Below are positions 35,555-50,400 of a DNA stretch of 64,000 nt, piece by piece (positions within the stretch are counted from its first letter, which is position 1; each line of letters begins with the position of its first letter). The notes beneath the pieces are model-generated. The model saw only the letters and a program-made list of their open reading frames with translations, was not told where the DNA came from and ran no database searches. The DNA lies in contig NC_134472.1 of NCBI RefSeq assembly GCF_964194025.1, positions 70,804,001 to 70,868,000 on the forward strand, read 5' to 3'. This DNA is from Convolutriloba macropyga (Eukaryota). The translations under genes and the position numbers were made by a program.

Positions 35555-36552
35555 ACGTGTAGACATACTGCTCTTAATTTTGCACGCAACCCACTTAAGA
35601 TGAGGATAGACCGTTACATTTACTTCATAGAATTATAACAATTATATGAATACATGAAATTTGTGTGAAGATCATAACTATAGTTGATGGAATTGATGCA
35701 TGCAATTCTGTTTTATGTTAAGTCTTGTAGTCGTTGGCATACCTCGCCGTAAGTTTCCTGCTTTGAGAAGTTTTTAGAGTTAATATTTGGAAAGCTTTTT
35801 TTGTGTTTCAGAAAAGTAAGCAGATGAGTGTTGGAAGTGGAAAGGGCCAGAAAGGACATAAAAAGAAAAGGAATAACAAACGATAACTTAAACAATGTTT
35901 CTGTTTCATCTTTGTTTTTGGTTAATTGAAATGTTATACAAGCTGTCTTGTCCTTCGTCGATTCTTTACTCGGAGTGTCGCCAATCTGAGATGCGATATT
36001 TTTGACGCAATTATTTGGAAAGTATAACCGTCCAATCTGCTCTGGTAGTTGCATTGGCACGGTTATTAATATTAAATCGAAAAAGGGTAACCTTATAAAA
36101 TAAAACGAGCTCAAACCACACTTGCGGAGTTTTGACAATCACACAGGCATCTTATCGGACCCGGAAGGCAAAAACAGCGCACCGTTTGCCGTCAAACTTT
36201 TAAAAGACCAAAATTTATTTGTATGTGATACGAAAAATCATTTAAAAGACATGTCTTCAAATGACTGTTCGCTATACTATAAAGATATGGATTCAAGATA
36301 GCGTGGGCTGAAGTATACTGATAATCAGTTCGAAGCACTGTAAATGGAAAAGCTTGGCCATTAGCCACACTTTGGATGATGGTAGAGCTGAATGTAACTA
36401 GCTGAGAAATCTTGACACTGCTGGTGCAAAATTTCGATGGAAAAGGTACATTAATGCGAGTTGGGCTGGTTTTTCGGCTACTTCGTTTTTCACGTTTTAC
36501 AATTTGAAAATTTGCAACGGTTTGAAAATTTGAAGCAAAATCAAGTTCTTTA

Positions 36553-37085
36553 TTAATAGCCGCCCTCATCTTCTCAGCCGGCTATTATTGCGCTCGTATT
36601 TTTTTTTACTTCGTCAAACTTTTTTTCGCTTTATCATTTTGCCGCTTTTTCGACATTTTGCGTGAAATCTTTTTGACTTCTCTAGGCTAGTTTCTCTCTT
36701 CTCTCATTCTGCTAAAAGTGAATTTGAACATCAGTTGCTAAGCAAAGCAATTCAAAATGAACAGAGTCGGTATAAAAAATTGAAGTCAGAAATAGAAACT
36801 GGATAAACCCATAAAGCCCAATTTTAGATGCCCGCTATTTGAACGTTGTTCCTATAAGTCTTAGTTACCACCTCTAATGGTTATTGGTGTTGATAGTAGC
36901 CCCTGTAGCCTCTCTCTAAGAATTAGAAGTATGCTCAACTACGAAATGCCATCAAAATAAATCGGACTTAAAAAATATTTTTGTACAAAAATCTTTTTTT
37001 TTTCAATATATTCTATTCGTTCAATCCCAATCATGCTTATTGGAATCAACGGCGGCTATTTTCCGGCAATCTGCCGGGTATGTTT
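36553..37085 (+). mobile_element. Helentron/DINE-1-like element, copy 5
   Basis: 5' TTAATAGCCGCC..GCCGGCTATTATT; 3' GGCGGCTATTTTCCGGCAATCTGCCGGGTATGTT; last ~290 bp resemble 27220-27515. Confidence 0.65.
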
Positions 37086-38877
37086 AAAAAAAAGAAACCT
37101 GCGTAGTAGATTCTCTCTTTTTATTTTCCATCTGAAGGTGTTTACAAGACGTTCTTAGATATAACGCCTCCATAATTTGCTGACGTCGAACTTGGGTGGC
37201 GTCGTCCATTGCGGTTAGTGTTGAAATCTAAAAACCAGCCCAGATCTTTGGTTTTGGGAGTTAACAATATCGAGTCTGCTCGTGCAAGTGTCTGCAATGC
37301 ACAAGAAGTTTGAACATAAAGCACAAAGAAACTGAAAAATAGTCCAAAAATGATCTTAGCAATTGAGTCAAATCTTTTCTTTTCTTTGCTAAAATTCACC
37401 CATTGACTCAGCGCCAAAAATGACAATTTTTCAGAAAAAGGAAAATTCAAATTCATTTTTTATTCATGTTTTGTTCAGAAAGAAATTCAGATTTTGTTTT
37501 GTCATTAAAAATACAAAGCGCTGCAACAAGTTTTCAAAGAGAAACTTTAAAATGCCCTATTGTTTTATGAATTGTGAGCAACGTCAAAGGCAAAATTATT
37601 TTGTCAAAAATCTCCAAATTTCAAAAACTGACATTTCAACCTGAAATTTTGCTCTTATTGCAACTTCCCTGTTCTGAGATATCTTTTAGTGTCCTTCAGG
37701 CCCAAACAGATATAACGACAAAATGGGAAAAAAACTGAAATTTTCAAGACTGAATTTTTCTTGCAACAGCCGTCAAAATGCTACGCAAAATTTCTAAATT
37801 AACTGAATTATAGCTTTTAGAGATAAACAGATTAAAATATAAAAATTGTCGAAAGAACTTGAAAACAGGTGCATAAAACATGCTTAAAGTTTGGCTATTA
37901 ATGCCTTTAAAAGATTTATTGTGTTGCTAAGATCAAACTTTTAACACATGTGATAAACTAATAGAAGCTGAGTAAGTCACCTGTACGACAAAAAATGGGC
38001 TAAGTAAAAAAGATTCTGTAATTTTTGAAAATTTGCAAATTACCAATATATACACCTCAAAAAGTTGATACCTCGAAAGCTCCTCATCCAAACAAGATCT
38101 ACTTGGACAATGGCTGACATTATTAAAGAGAGCTAATTGAGAATTTTGAAACAATAACTGATTAAAAAACAAAACGAGAAACTGATGATTACTTAATGAG
38201 AAATTAGGATAATTTCTGAATGTGGGATACAAACTGTACAAAGTAGTGTTTTCAGGAGATTTTTCCGGGGGCTACGGATTGCGGATCATGTTTTTCTACT
38301 TGAATTTCTAGCTTGCATTCAGCTGCGTTAGGATTTCTTTCACCAACGATTGAATATCATGCCTTCCAACAATTTCAAAAGTTTACAGTGCTATTTTTTC
38401 TAGAATCAATAGCATGACCTGCCTAGTTTTCGAGAAAACTTTTAGACAAATATATATGACAAGACGCAGACCGATCTGGGGTGGGAAGTAGCGCAACAAA
38501 GAAAACAATAATCTTCAAATCTTTTTCACATTCGATTAATCCTACTGTTTTTGCAATCAAACTTTTGCTTTTGATTGTACGTGTGTACGTATGCAACGTC
38601 TTTTAAAATTACGTTTCATGGGAACTAAAATATGGGATCTCCGATTTCCATTTCAATCTTTTTTTTACTCCAGGTACAAATGTTTTGCTAGACAGCAGCA
38701 ATTCACTACATAAAATTTCACTCACGCCTGGAGACAGAAATGTTGCCCACAAAGCTGTGTGGCTACAAAAATGCAGCCCTAATTTCCATCCCTATATAAA
38801 TGGTCAAAATTTTCAATTTTTTGTTTTTCCAATTTTCTGCAATTTCTTGGGAAGCGCTTATTTCAGAAGTCTTAGAT

Positions 38878-41800
38878 ATTTTTTCACGTTGAATTCATAT
38901 TTACGGAATTTGTGTTTTTGTAAGATGAGTACTGATGTAAAGAGGAGTAATGGCTTCCAAACTGTTTAGCTACTCCTGAACGAAGTTAGCACCTATTACT
39001 GTAAACGTATGTCTTTTTTGCAGTTTTAGTTCGACCGTTGTTTGCTCTTTTGTTCTAGAACATTTTTTGATTTCAATTTTTGAATGATTTTCGACGTTGA
39101 GTTTCCTGATTTTTGAATGACCTATATTGCACTTGTTCAGAAATTACCTCGTTGCTAAGACAAAGCCGATTGTAAGATAAGTAGTCACAAAGCACTGGTA
39201 GCCCAGTGGTTAATGTTGCACTCTACAAGTCGCGGTATCAAATCATTCTCTAGTCGGATTTTTTTGCACTCATAATGGGAAATTTATCTAGACTACAATC
39301 CTTCTGAATTGAATTGCGGGGTTTTGCATTCCAGAGCAAATTGTCTGACGTTATTGGGTTTATGGTTTCAAATAACTGCAAGACATCTTGTTTTTGACTT
39401 TGTCTTGTTTCTTGCGTCAGAAGGTGAAAGTTATTTTGAGAAGCTTTTCAGGAGATCAGAAGGTGACAAGATTTCCGCGAGAACAGAGCAGTAAAGAGAA
39501 TAAAACCCCAATTTTTCAAAAGAAAAATAAATTAAAACCTTCAAAAGACCACGAGTTCCAAATTTTGAGTGGGTTTGTTCTCAATCACGTGCGGCCATTG
39601 GGCACAACTGTCTGTCATAACATTGATAGTCGGGTAATCTATTCATGTATTTTTCAGGGTATCCATTTGGGACCTGTCGTACAAATTTTTTGAGATCTGA
39701 TTTCAGATTAGCTACTATGTTTCTGAGATCTGATTCGTTCCGATTGAGTAAACAGTGCCATTGAGGTTAGATGCTGGCAAACTGTAAACCAAACGAATTT
39801 TTTTTTCTAAAAACTATTATATTTGGTTTTGTTGCTTGTTTAAAAAATTTTTCAAATGACATTTCAATAGTCTATTGGAATTTGCAGCTTTTAAACGTTT
39901 TCTTCTGACTTTTTCTCAATTTCTTTTCTTATTGGTAGCAATGACAAAGTAATTCAAACTGGAAACAAAAACTTTGATTGAGTGGCAGTCTCCAAGTGCT
40001 CTGGTTGCAAATTCCTTGCTTAATTTAAAGCGCTTTTTGTTCAGCTTTTTGTCTAATGTGTTTAATTTTGTTTTGATCAAATTTGTTTAATGAGTTCTGT
40101 GAAAAAATAGGTTTTACTAAAATGATGTTTTCCAGTGTAAATTTGACTTTTAACGGTTTTGCCACAACTTGTTCTGTTGAACTACGAGCGAGTTTTTCAA
40201 TTTTGCGAGCTACCTTTTTTTTCAATTTCAATTTCTTTTGAGAAGTAGCAAAAAATTATCTGTTTCACAAAATCTGACAGTGCAATCTATTACTGAGTCT
40301 TTTAAATGAGAAACTTGATTTTAAGTGTTTGAGGGGTTCAGTTTGGAGCGAGATATTTTTTGTTCTCTTCGTTTGTTTAAAACTTTTAATTTCATTTTCA
40401 GTCTTTTCTTTTGTTTTTCTGTCATTTGTTCCTCTTCATTAATTTTTCACCAAAATTGTAGTAATTTTCCTTAAGAAATGATTATTGAATGTCACCGGTT
40501 GATTGGCATTTATTGGTTGAGCTATGTAAATGGTTGAGCTAATGTAAATGACAATACGGTTTCTGTAAGAAAATAGTTTGATTTTTATTATTATTATTTT
40601 CTTTCATTTACTTTTTCTAACTCTGTCTCTAAAGTCTCATGTTTGATTGACTTCAAATGATTTTGCGTGATAAAAAAGATGGTGATTTAGTTAGGTTAAA
40701 ATTCTGTATGACTTATACAGCGTTGGAATTTTGGAAACATTTATACTCTATTATTTTTGTACGGTTTTCCCCGCAAAAGATCAATGACAGATAGTTCCAA
40801 ATCAATTTTTTATGCCTGGATTACCAGTCATGGATTATTCCTCAACTCATAATTCATGCAAAAATGAAATATGAAATTTGTTTGCTTTGAGAACTCATCG
40901 CCGGTAAGCAGTTAACTTTGCATGCTTCTGAATTTGTTTTTATATAACCCTTTAATCGAACTCACGTTTGACTTTTATATACAGTTCTTCTAAAAAAACT
41001 CATATTAATGGAATTCAAATAATGACGCACTTTTCAACAGTTCAAGCTGCTCTGATAATTTGCGTCAAATTTTGTTTCTTAAAAAATATACAGAGAAACA
41101 GGTTCTTGATTTTATTAATGAAAGAAAGGCTGCTTTTTCTTTCGCAATTTTTTATCGTAATGCAATAATAGTTGAACATTTGGCAGAATTTTACAAGATG
41201 GTTGAAATTCAACGCATTCTCTGAACTCTAAATTTCTCCACAAAAACTATCCATTTTTTTGTACCAGCCACATATTGTCACATATTTATAAGAGTCAATA
41301 ATTTGTAGTTTTTCATGGGCAAAATTTAGAGGGAACATTTGCCGAAGTCACAATTTAACAAACGAAATTAATATTTTGCTGCTGATAACCTATTGTCTTT
41401 AATCTTTTATTCAAACTAATTCGTTTTCTAAAACTTAACTCTACTTTTATTCTTACAAGGTAATGATTCATACAATATGCGTTATTTCAATCACAAATTT
41501 TAGTAAATGAGGTTTTTGCTTGAAGCCAATAAATTTGCCAATGAAAAAGGTATTGTTTTGAAGTTCTATTGTCAATTTTTCTGTAATTCTACCTAATAAA
41601 ATTGTATCGTTTTCCAATGTTTGTGCCTTTTTTTTACGTTTGCGGAGCGTACATAATACGTGCAAGCAGTTTTGTTTTCAATTGTTTTGTTTAGCAGTTT
41701 CAGGATCAAGAGTATCAAAATCATTTTTACTTAATTTGCTATTAAAGAGAAACTGAAACCTCAAACTAACCCTCATTTTCTCGAAAATCTTGTGTTTTCT

Positions 41801-44407
41801 AGTCATCATCTCATATTCTGTTTAATTTAGCACTTTTTCAGGCGCATTGCTGAGTGCTCCGTGGGTCTAAAGCTTTTTTCACGTTGAATTTAAAATTGTT
41901 GAATTTGTGCTCTGGTAAAGGGAGTATTGATGTAAAGAGGAGTTAACTTTGTCATGTTTCTTGAGTCAGAAGGTGAAAGCTATTTTGAGATGCTTTTCAG
42001 GAGATCAGAAGGTGACAAGATTTCCGCGAGAACAGAGCAAAAAGAGAAAAAAACCCCAATTTTTCGAAAGAAAAATAAATTAAAACCTTCAAAATACCAC
42101 GAGTTCCAAATTTTGAGTGGGTTTGTTCTCAATCAAGTACGGCCATTGGGCACAACTGTCTGTCATAAAGTTGGTAGTCGGGTAATCTATTCATGTATTT
42201 TTCAGGGTATCCATTTGGGACCTGTCGTACAAATTTTCTGAGATCTGATTTCAGATTAGCTGCTATGTTTCTGAGATCTGATTTGTTCCGATAGAGCAAA
42301 CAATGCCATTAAAGTTAGAAGCTGGCAAACTGTAAACCAAACGAAACTTTTTTTCTAAAAACTATTATATTTGGTTTTGTTGCTTATTTAACAAATTTTT
42401 CAAATGACATTTCAATAGTCTATTGGAATTTGCAGCTTTTAAACGTTTTCATCTGACTTTTTCTCAATTTCTTTTCTTATTGGTAGCAATGACAAAGCAA
42501 ATCAAACTAGAAAGAAAAACTTTGATTGAGTGGCAGTCTCCAAGTGCTCTGGTTGCGAATTCCTTGCTTAATTTTAAGCGCTTTTTGTTCAGCTTTTTGT
42601 CTAATGCGTTTAATTTTGTTTTTATCAAATTTGTTTAATGAGTTCTGTGAAAAATTAGGTTTTGCTAAAACGATGTTTTCCAGTGTAAATTTGATTTTTA
42701 AAGGTTTTGCCACAACTTGTTCTGTTGCAATACGATCGAGTTTTTCAGTTTTGCGAGCTACCTTTTTTTAATTTCAATTTCTTTTTAGAAGTAGCAAAAA
42801 ATTATCTGTTTCACAAAATCTGACAGTGCAATCTATGACTGAGTCTTTTAAATGAGAAACTTGATTTTAAGTTTTTCAGGGGTTCAGTTTGGAGCGAGAT
42901 ATTTTTTGTTCTCTTCGTTTGTTTAAAACTTTTAATTTCATTTTCAGTTTTTTCTTTTGTGTTTCTGTCATTTGTTCCTCTTCATTAATTTTTAACCAAA
43001 TTTGTAGTAATTTTCCTTAGGAAATGATTATTGAATGTCACCTGTTGATTGGCATTTATTGGTTGAGCTAATATAAATGACACTACGGTTTCTCTAAGAA
43101 AATAGTTTGATTTTTATTATTATTTTTTTCTTTCATTTACTTTTTTTTACTCTGTCTCTAAAGTCTCATGTTTGATTGACTTCAAATGATTTTGCGTGAT
43201 AAAAAAGATGGTGATTTACTTAGGTTAAAATTCTGTATGACTTATACAGCGTTGGAATTTTGGAAACATTTATACTCTATTATTTTTGTACGGTTTTCCC
43301 CGCAAAAGATCAATGACAGATAGTTCCAAATCAATTTTTTATGCCTGGATTACCAGTCATGGATTATTCCTCAACTCATAATTCATGCAAAAATGAAATA
43401 TGAAATTTGTTTGCTTTGAGAACTCATCGCCGGTAAGCAGTTAACTTTGCATGCTTCTGAATTTGTTTTTATATAACCCTTTAATCGAACTCACGTTTGC
43501 CTTTTATATACAGTTCTTCTAAAAAAACTCATATTAATGGAATTCAAATAATGATGCACTTTTCAACAGTTCAAGCTGCTCTGATAATTTGCGTCAAATT
43601 TTGTTTCTTAAAAAATATACAGAGAAACAGCTTCTGGATTTTATTAATGAAAGAAAAGCTGCATTTCCTTTCGCAATTTTTTATCGTAATGCAATATTAG
43701 TTGAACATTTGGCAGAATTTTACAAGATGGTTGAAATTCAACGCATTCTCTGACTTCTAAATTTCTCCACAAAAACTGTTCATTTTTTTGTACCAGCCAC
43801 ATATTGTCACATATTTATAAGAGTCAATAATTCGTAGTTTTTCATGGGCAAAATTGAGAGGGAACATTTGTCGAAGTCACAATTTAACAACCGAAATTAA
43901 TATTTTGCTGCTGATAACCTATTGTTTTTAATCTATTAATCAAACCAATTGGTTTTCTAGAACTTAATTCTACATTTATTCTTACAAAGTACTGATTCAT
44001 ACAATATGCGTTATTTCAATCACAAATTTTAGTAAATGAGGTTTTGGCTTGAAGCCAATAAATTTGCTAATAAAAAAGGTATTGTTTTGAAGTTCTATTG
44101 TCAATTTTTCTGTAATTCTATCTAAAAAAATTGTATCGTTTTCCAATGTTTGTGCCTTTTTTTTACGTTTGCGGAGCGTACTTAATACGTCCAAGCAGTT
44201 TTGTTTTCAATTGTTTTGTTTAGCAGTTTCAGGATCAAGAGTATCAAAATCATTTTTACTTAGTTTGCTATTAAAGAGAAACTGAAACCTCAAACTAACC
44301 CTCACTTTCTCGAAAACCTGTGTTTTCTAGTAATCTCAAATTCTTTTTATTTTTGCACGTTTAGACTCATTCAGGCGCATTGCTGAGTGCTCCGTGGGTC
44401 TAAAGCT
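38878..44407. repeat. Tandem duplication of a ~2.5 kb unit
   Basis: Unit 1 is 38878-41875 (with an extra ~450 bp at 38950-39395) and unit 2 is 41876-44407. Near-identical ORF pairs are 40968/43497, 41468/43997 and 39388/41954. Both units end GCTGAGTGCTCCGTGGGTCTAAAGCT. Confidence 0.95.
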
Positions 44408-47400
44408 ATGGGTTACCGAAAATTTACTCAAGTCAATACCCCATTTCTGATCTCTCGAGACATTGCCCCTATATGTTCTATGCAAACGGCTGAAATGGAG
44501 GTTTCTCTGCTCGCAAAACGTTAATTTTGTATTTGAATGCTAAAAGACGGAAACACGTCAGATAACCCAAAGCAATCTTTATTTTCGAAAAGTCGATATT
44601 AATTTATCCTGCTATTATATGAAGAACTTTGAGAAGTTTGCTCGACTTCTGTTTTTTAAAGAAATTTTCTAGAGTCAAAAAGAAAATGTCAGTTGCCTTG
44701 GTTGGAGATCAATATGATACTGTAAATATATTTTTTGCTCGTTTAAAGCGTCAAAATGTTTTTGCATCTGAGATCTGAGTGTACTATGAAGTTGTTCTCC
44801 TTGAAACTCATTTGCACTTAGATGCCAACAGACCCGCTTCTTGAAACACATCTTCCGGAAAGTACATATTTTCTGAAAATAGAATCTTTTCTGACTTATT
44901 TAACGAGGTCTCAGTGACAGTTCGTGGCTTTCTAGAGAAATGCAATTTTACAAGACAGCCACAGTAAAGAAACTTGAAAACAGTCGGAAACGAAAAATTT
45001 TGATACGATCTCAGAGACTGTCCAACTTTAAGTTTCATTGCTGTTATAGACAACTAAGACGTTTTTGAATCAACGTCAATATAACATGAAGAAAGAAAAG
45101 TAGAACTTTTAGATTCAATTTATTGATGAAGCAACTCCTTGTAACCTTTCAGCTTCTTCATTTACCAAAACTACACTTTCTGCTCCCGGGAAGGCTCTTT
45201 ACTTTCTTTCTCTAGTATTGTTGCATCTTTTCAACGCTTACTGCTCTCTGGAAAGTTGACCAAAATAAAGTTAGCCGTTGATAGAGGATTCTTGACTCTG
45301 TTTTCTATTTCTGTTTCTATTTCTATTTATTAAAAAATTAGATGCCTTGTGCGAGCAATGGATCAATATCCTCCATATCAATTTCATTTTGGGATTTCTG
45401 TTTGATGCCATGTTATTTGATAAACAAATGTTATGGATGTACAATTCTCAGCTCTAACTTTTTTCATGTTATTCATCAAATCATCAACACTTTGTGTGTG
45501 TCACTTAAGCTTAAAAACGTGAGCTCCATGTTATTAGGATTGCACTGATCTCGCACTAAACGTTCTCTTTTCCACAAAACGGTCTTTTCTTTCGAAGTTG
45601 AAAAAATTTACAATTGGTGTTGGTGGTTTAATAGTGCTTGGGATGGAAGGTAATTGGTGACAACCAACTATGAACTATGCTATCTCCGTGAACTTGATTT
45701 TTTAGGTAGTTGTGGAAAAAATTGGAGCAGATCCTTCCAATAATCTGTCCCATGCACCAAAGATAAACTGTTCATAATGATAGTCCTTCGACGGGCATCT
45801 TTCAATACCGTAGTCCTTCAACGAGTAACTTTACTCTTTATAAAGTACCTTATCGAAGTTAGTCTAATGAAAGTTTCCTATTTTTCGTCAATTGTTTGAA
45901 AAAGTTCTTCAGAGACATCGGCTAATGCGTGACTATTTCAGTCAGCGATGTCGCTTACTTAATACTTTGTGCAATTAGAGAATCACAAATCTCTGGGAGT
46001 TCTAATATCATGAAATCTGGCTCTTACCTCTTACGATTATTTACCTTATTTCTCTCTAAGGTCAAAAAGTTTTTTAAAGTTTAAATTTATGATTCATTAC
46101 GCGCTTTAGGATTAGGATTTAAGTTGTTCTTTGACAGGAGCAATCTGCGAGATCATATTCAAAAGATATTTCATCTCACAAGTTTCACTCCGCCCTGTTC
46201 GATCTTCAAAATAAAATTTCACAATGCTTTATTGTGATCCAAAACTATATGAGCTACATTTAAGAATCTTCTAACTGCCTGAACGCGCAGATTGTAGATC
46301 TTTGTTTCAGTTTTTGTACCCTTATTTTTCTCCAATGTTTTTTTATATGAAATACCATAAGACTGCAAAATTCTTGCTTTTTGATAACATGATACTACAA
46401 ATCTATATATTTTTGATCAACATTTTAGGTTGCTCGGGTTTCGGCACTCAGTTCAGAACGCATTGGGCAGCGCTTCCTGTGAATAACGCGCAGCCCAGCA
46501 ACAAATTCTGGCAGAAGAAATTTAGATAGTATAATTATGCACCCAGTCAATCCACAATGCCAACCGCATTAAGATTAAGGTATTAAAATTATCTTTAAAT
46601 TATTTTAAAATCGTATGGTTATGATGATAAATTGCATTAATCTTCTAAGAGCTTGAAAATTCACTAGTATTTTGTTCGAAGTCAGAAGAATATTGTTAAG
46701 CCGTTATGTTGTGAAATTTTACCAGATTGTGACAAAATTATCTAAGAATTTAAAAACTGCTCAAGTTTGTATAAAACGTATTTAAACCACTGACTTATTT
46801 TGAGAAAGTTATAACGTTATTATCGAACGATAACAAATCATAATGACCCTATAAGATCTTTTAAGATATCGCTTAAAATCTTTCAAATTATGTTAAGTTA
46901 TGTTTTAAATTGATCCATAATTTTTTAAGCTTTTGTTAGGTTAAAATATTCTTTGACGAAATTTCTGCGACTGGGAAAATTTTCACTTACTTTACACTCG
47001 AAATTTCAAACTTTTCACGTACTTAAAAAGTCGTGATTTCAATTCCCAGAATCAGAGCGAAATAACGTTTTTGGTAACGCACTTTCGCCATTTTTTTTTA
47101 AAAAAAAACAAGGTTTCTGCAGTGGTTCCTGGACATTCCTATTGATTCACTCTGCCATTAATGTTCAATTTAACGCGCTAAAACGCCTCAAAACAACGAT
47201 CCACAATTAGTTCGCTTTTCTCAAAATTCCCTTGAAGTACATATCTTGGGCGATGGTTAGGAAACGCTCATTAACATGTTTTGGAGTTAGATTGGTTACA
47301 TTTTTCAATCTAAATTTTCGGGCAGTTGTAAGTTTCACACTGAGTAATATATTTCGAAGATTAGAGTATCTGATATCTCTGAGAGAGTCAAGGTATTTCT

Positions 47401-50400
47401 ATCTGATTTTTACCATTCAATTTTTTGTCAATAAGCGTCTACGAGTCATTCAAATAAACCGGGACCTGTCGAGTGATATCTCTTTTGAAAAACATTGAAC
47501 AAAATGAAGCATAACCCGAAGAGCTAATTTACTGACTTCCTTTAGAATAGTTTCAAAAGGAATTGGTTTCCTTGTATGTAATTATCCCTTACAATCATGA
47601 TTTACTATATTTATAAGATTCGTATTCGAGTTGTTTGTTCACAGACACCATCTTCATGACCATATTTTGCGTATTTTCTATCTGACGGGTTATACTCTGC
47701 CTTGTTAGACCTTTAAAGTAAAATCACTTTATTTTTTATTGAGATCTGACATGATTGAGCTTCATGTATAATTAATCTTGTAAGAATTTATAATATGTAT
47801 ACTTGACTGAAACCGCACATTATAGATCTTCGTTGAGTTTTTATCATAATTTGTTTTCCATTTTTTGTTCTGACCCCCACTTTAGTGGAGAGGGAGGAAC
47901 TATATACTCAAATGGGTTTCTTTTGTTCAGTCAATTTTGGCCGATCGAACTATTCATCGTAGAGAGTTGTTAACGTCTGTCAGAAGTAGAGACCTGAAAA
48001 TTGCTGTTACAGACTCCGTAACCTCCAAAGAAGCGCTAGTTCAGTTTAGACGCCCTAAAAAATTCTTCTAGAATTAAAGTTCTGCCGTTTTATACAAATT
48101 CAACTCAATAATTATACAAAAAGTTCAATGTTTTTTTTTTTGCAATTAATTAAATTACCGTTTGATCTGCTTCACAATTATTAGGAACATTTGAGTAGTT
48201 TCTTGGACGCGCGGCGAAATCAGCGTTAGATTTGATCTCATTATGGATTCTTACGAAAAGAAGTTTTTAATTCTTAGTTTGGCGCTGCTTTTTTTTTGAA
48301 AATTTTTTGCTTATTGTTTGTTTTTAAATTAATTACTGACAAAATGTTCAATTCCCAGATCAATTAATGACGGCTTCCATTTATGTCAAATTGAAGCCTA
48401 ATGGACATATCGTTTGTTTTCAGAGAAAACCCAATGGTTTTTATGTTTTTGACGAACAGTTTTAGTTTAATTTGAGTAAATTATTGTGTTTTGCCTTCAT
48501 CTTTCCTTTTCATCCATTATCTTTCTTTTTGCAGTCTAATTGCGAAATTTCACTTATCAAAGATACAAACGGCTTCCTCAAGAGGTTGAAGTGAACCTAT
48601 ATAATGCATTCGTTTGTAATCTAATGTTTCTTATGCTTTTGAATATAGTTGTTATAAGAAAATTTGTCTTTTTTTGAACTGTCATTTCTTTTCACCTCAT
48701 TTTGTTCATTTTGAAGCCTTTGCGCAGTAAATACGGGTCAAACTGTTTTCATATGGAACACAAACGATTTTGTGGCTGTTTTTCTTAAATAATGGCTGGT
48801 TGGTTTTTGTGCTACGAGTTTTTATACGAAATATTATGATTTTTGTTTGTAATTTCCCATTATTGCTGTTTCTTTTTGTTTCTGTGGTTAAATGTCACAT
48901 TATTGAAAATTCCAATAAAAAAATGCGCTGAATTAATGCAATTGAACATTTTTTTTGCTTTTATAACCTATGGTTTTAAGGGCTGCGACTCCGTTCTCTT
49001 GCGGAATTTGGTAGTTTTTTTTAATTTTGCTCTGTATGTGTTGTTAATTTTTGTTTTTCTGTGCCATATATTGTGTATAAAACGGTCTCAATTGCCACTT
49101 ATAAACACATAAATGAACTCAATGACTAACATTGATATACAGATAAAGGTTTTGATGACTTTCAAAATAATTTTTTTCCAAAAAGTAGAAGTTTTCTTCA
49201 AGCTTTCCCTTTTTTCCTGGTTTTCGTAAATTTTTCGTATTTTACCATTTCGCATAATTTTTGTTACTTAACCTCATTATTGAGGGATATCGTTAATTTT
49301 TCGTTGAAGCAATCAATAATTTCTCTGTTCAATGATCGTTTTGACTGGTGTTTTAGGGCTTTGTCAATTTGTTTTGGAAAAATTCTGTGAGTTTGGATGC
49401 TTTTCAACATTTGTGTTTCTTGTTGTTGTCAATTTGCGATAGTTTTTTAAATAAAAAACGTCTTGACGTTCCACGGAGACCGAAGATTTAAATTTCTCGA
49501 GGTTAACATCTTTTTAGTTTAAGGGCTTCAACACTGTGGTTTTGTAAAGTTGATTTTGAAATTTCTAGTTCTGCTTGAATTTGTTGCTATTTTATGCTAT
49601 TTAAGCGCACTTATTTTTTTTATCACTTTGCAAGATAAACTGTCTATTCTTTTAGTTTGAAGTTTGTGTTTGTAATGAATTTTCAAAGTAATTGTTTTTA
49701 AAGACAATAGATTTTTGAGCTTTAACAATCTTATTTCTGTTAATTTGCAGCGTAGCTTAGATGTCTTTATAGATAGGTGACCTCCATTGTCTACGGAACT
49801 ATTATTTTAACTTCATAGATGCTTTATTTCCCTCAAATGGTCTTTGTTCTTGGTATTACGATCTTTCATAAAAAACTCGTGATTCTTGCATAATTGCAAT
49901 ATTTTAGATTTCTGTTTTCTTTTCACAGTATCTCAATAATGGCCGGTTTTGTTGCGCTTTGAAAGAAAGCAAAAAAACTCAATGTTTTTAGTGAACGGCT
50001 TAATATTTAATTGGCTGGGACACCGTTTTCGTCCAAACTTTGATTTTTCTGCCTGTTTCTCGTTCTTTTTGTATTCGTATGGCATACCTTTGATTATGAA
50101 AGGTCTCAATACCTTTCTATGGAGGTATAAATAAATTTTTCAATGAGCTCAGTTGATACATAATGTTCTTAATTAGTTTGACATTATTTTATCGCTGTCT
50201 TTTCTGGTAGTCACATTAATGACAGGTCTCATTGGCCCTGTGATGTATATTGTTTTCATTCATTCAATGGTTTGTTGAACGATATAGTATATTTTAAATC
50301 TCTTACTCATTTGGTAGACAATTAAGTGAAAAATGTAAATGAGCGGGGTCGGAACGTTATGTGCATACGCTCATAACCGAGCCTCCTTGTTAGATGAAAT

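Noticed and set aside
39190-39260. Functional tRNA gene
   Set aside because: Only an A-box-like part remains, with no complete cloverleaf; it belongs to a repeat.
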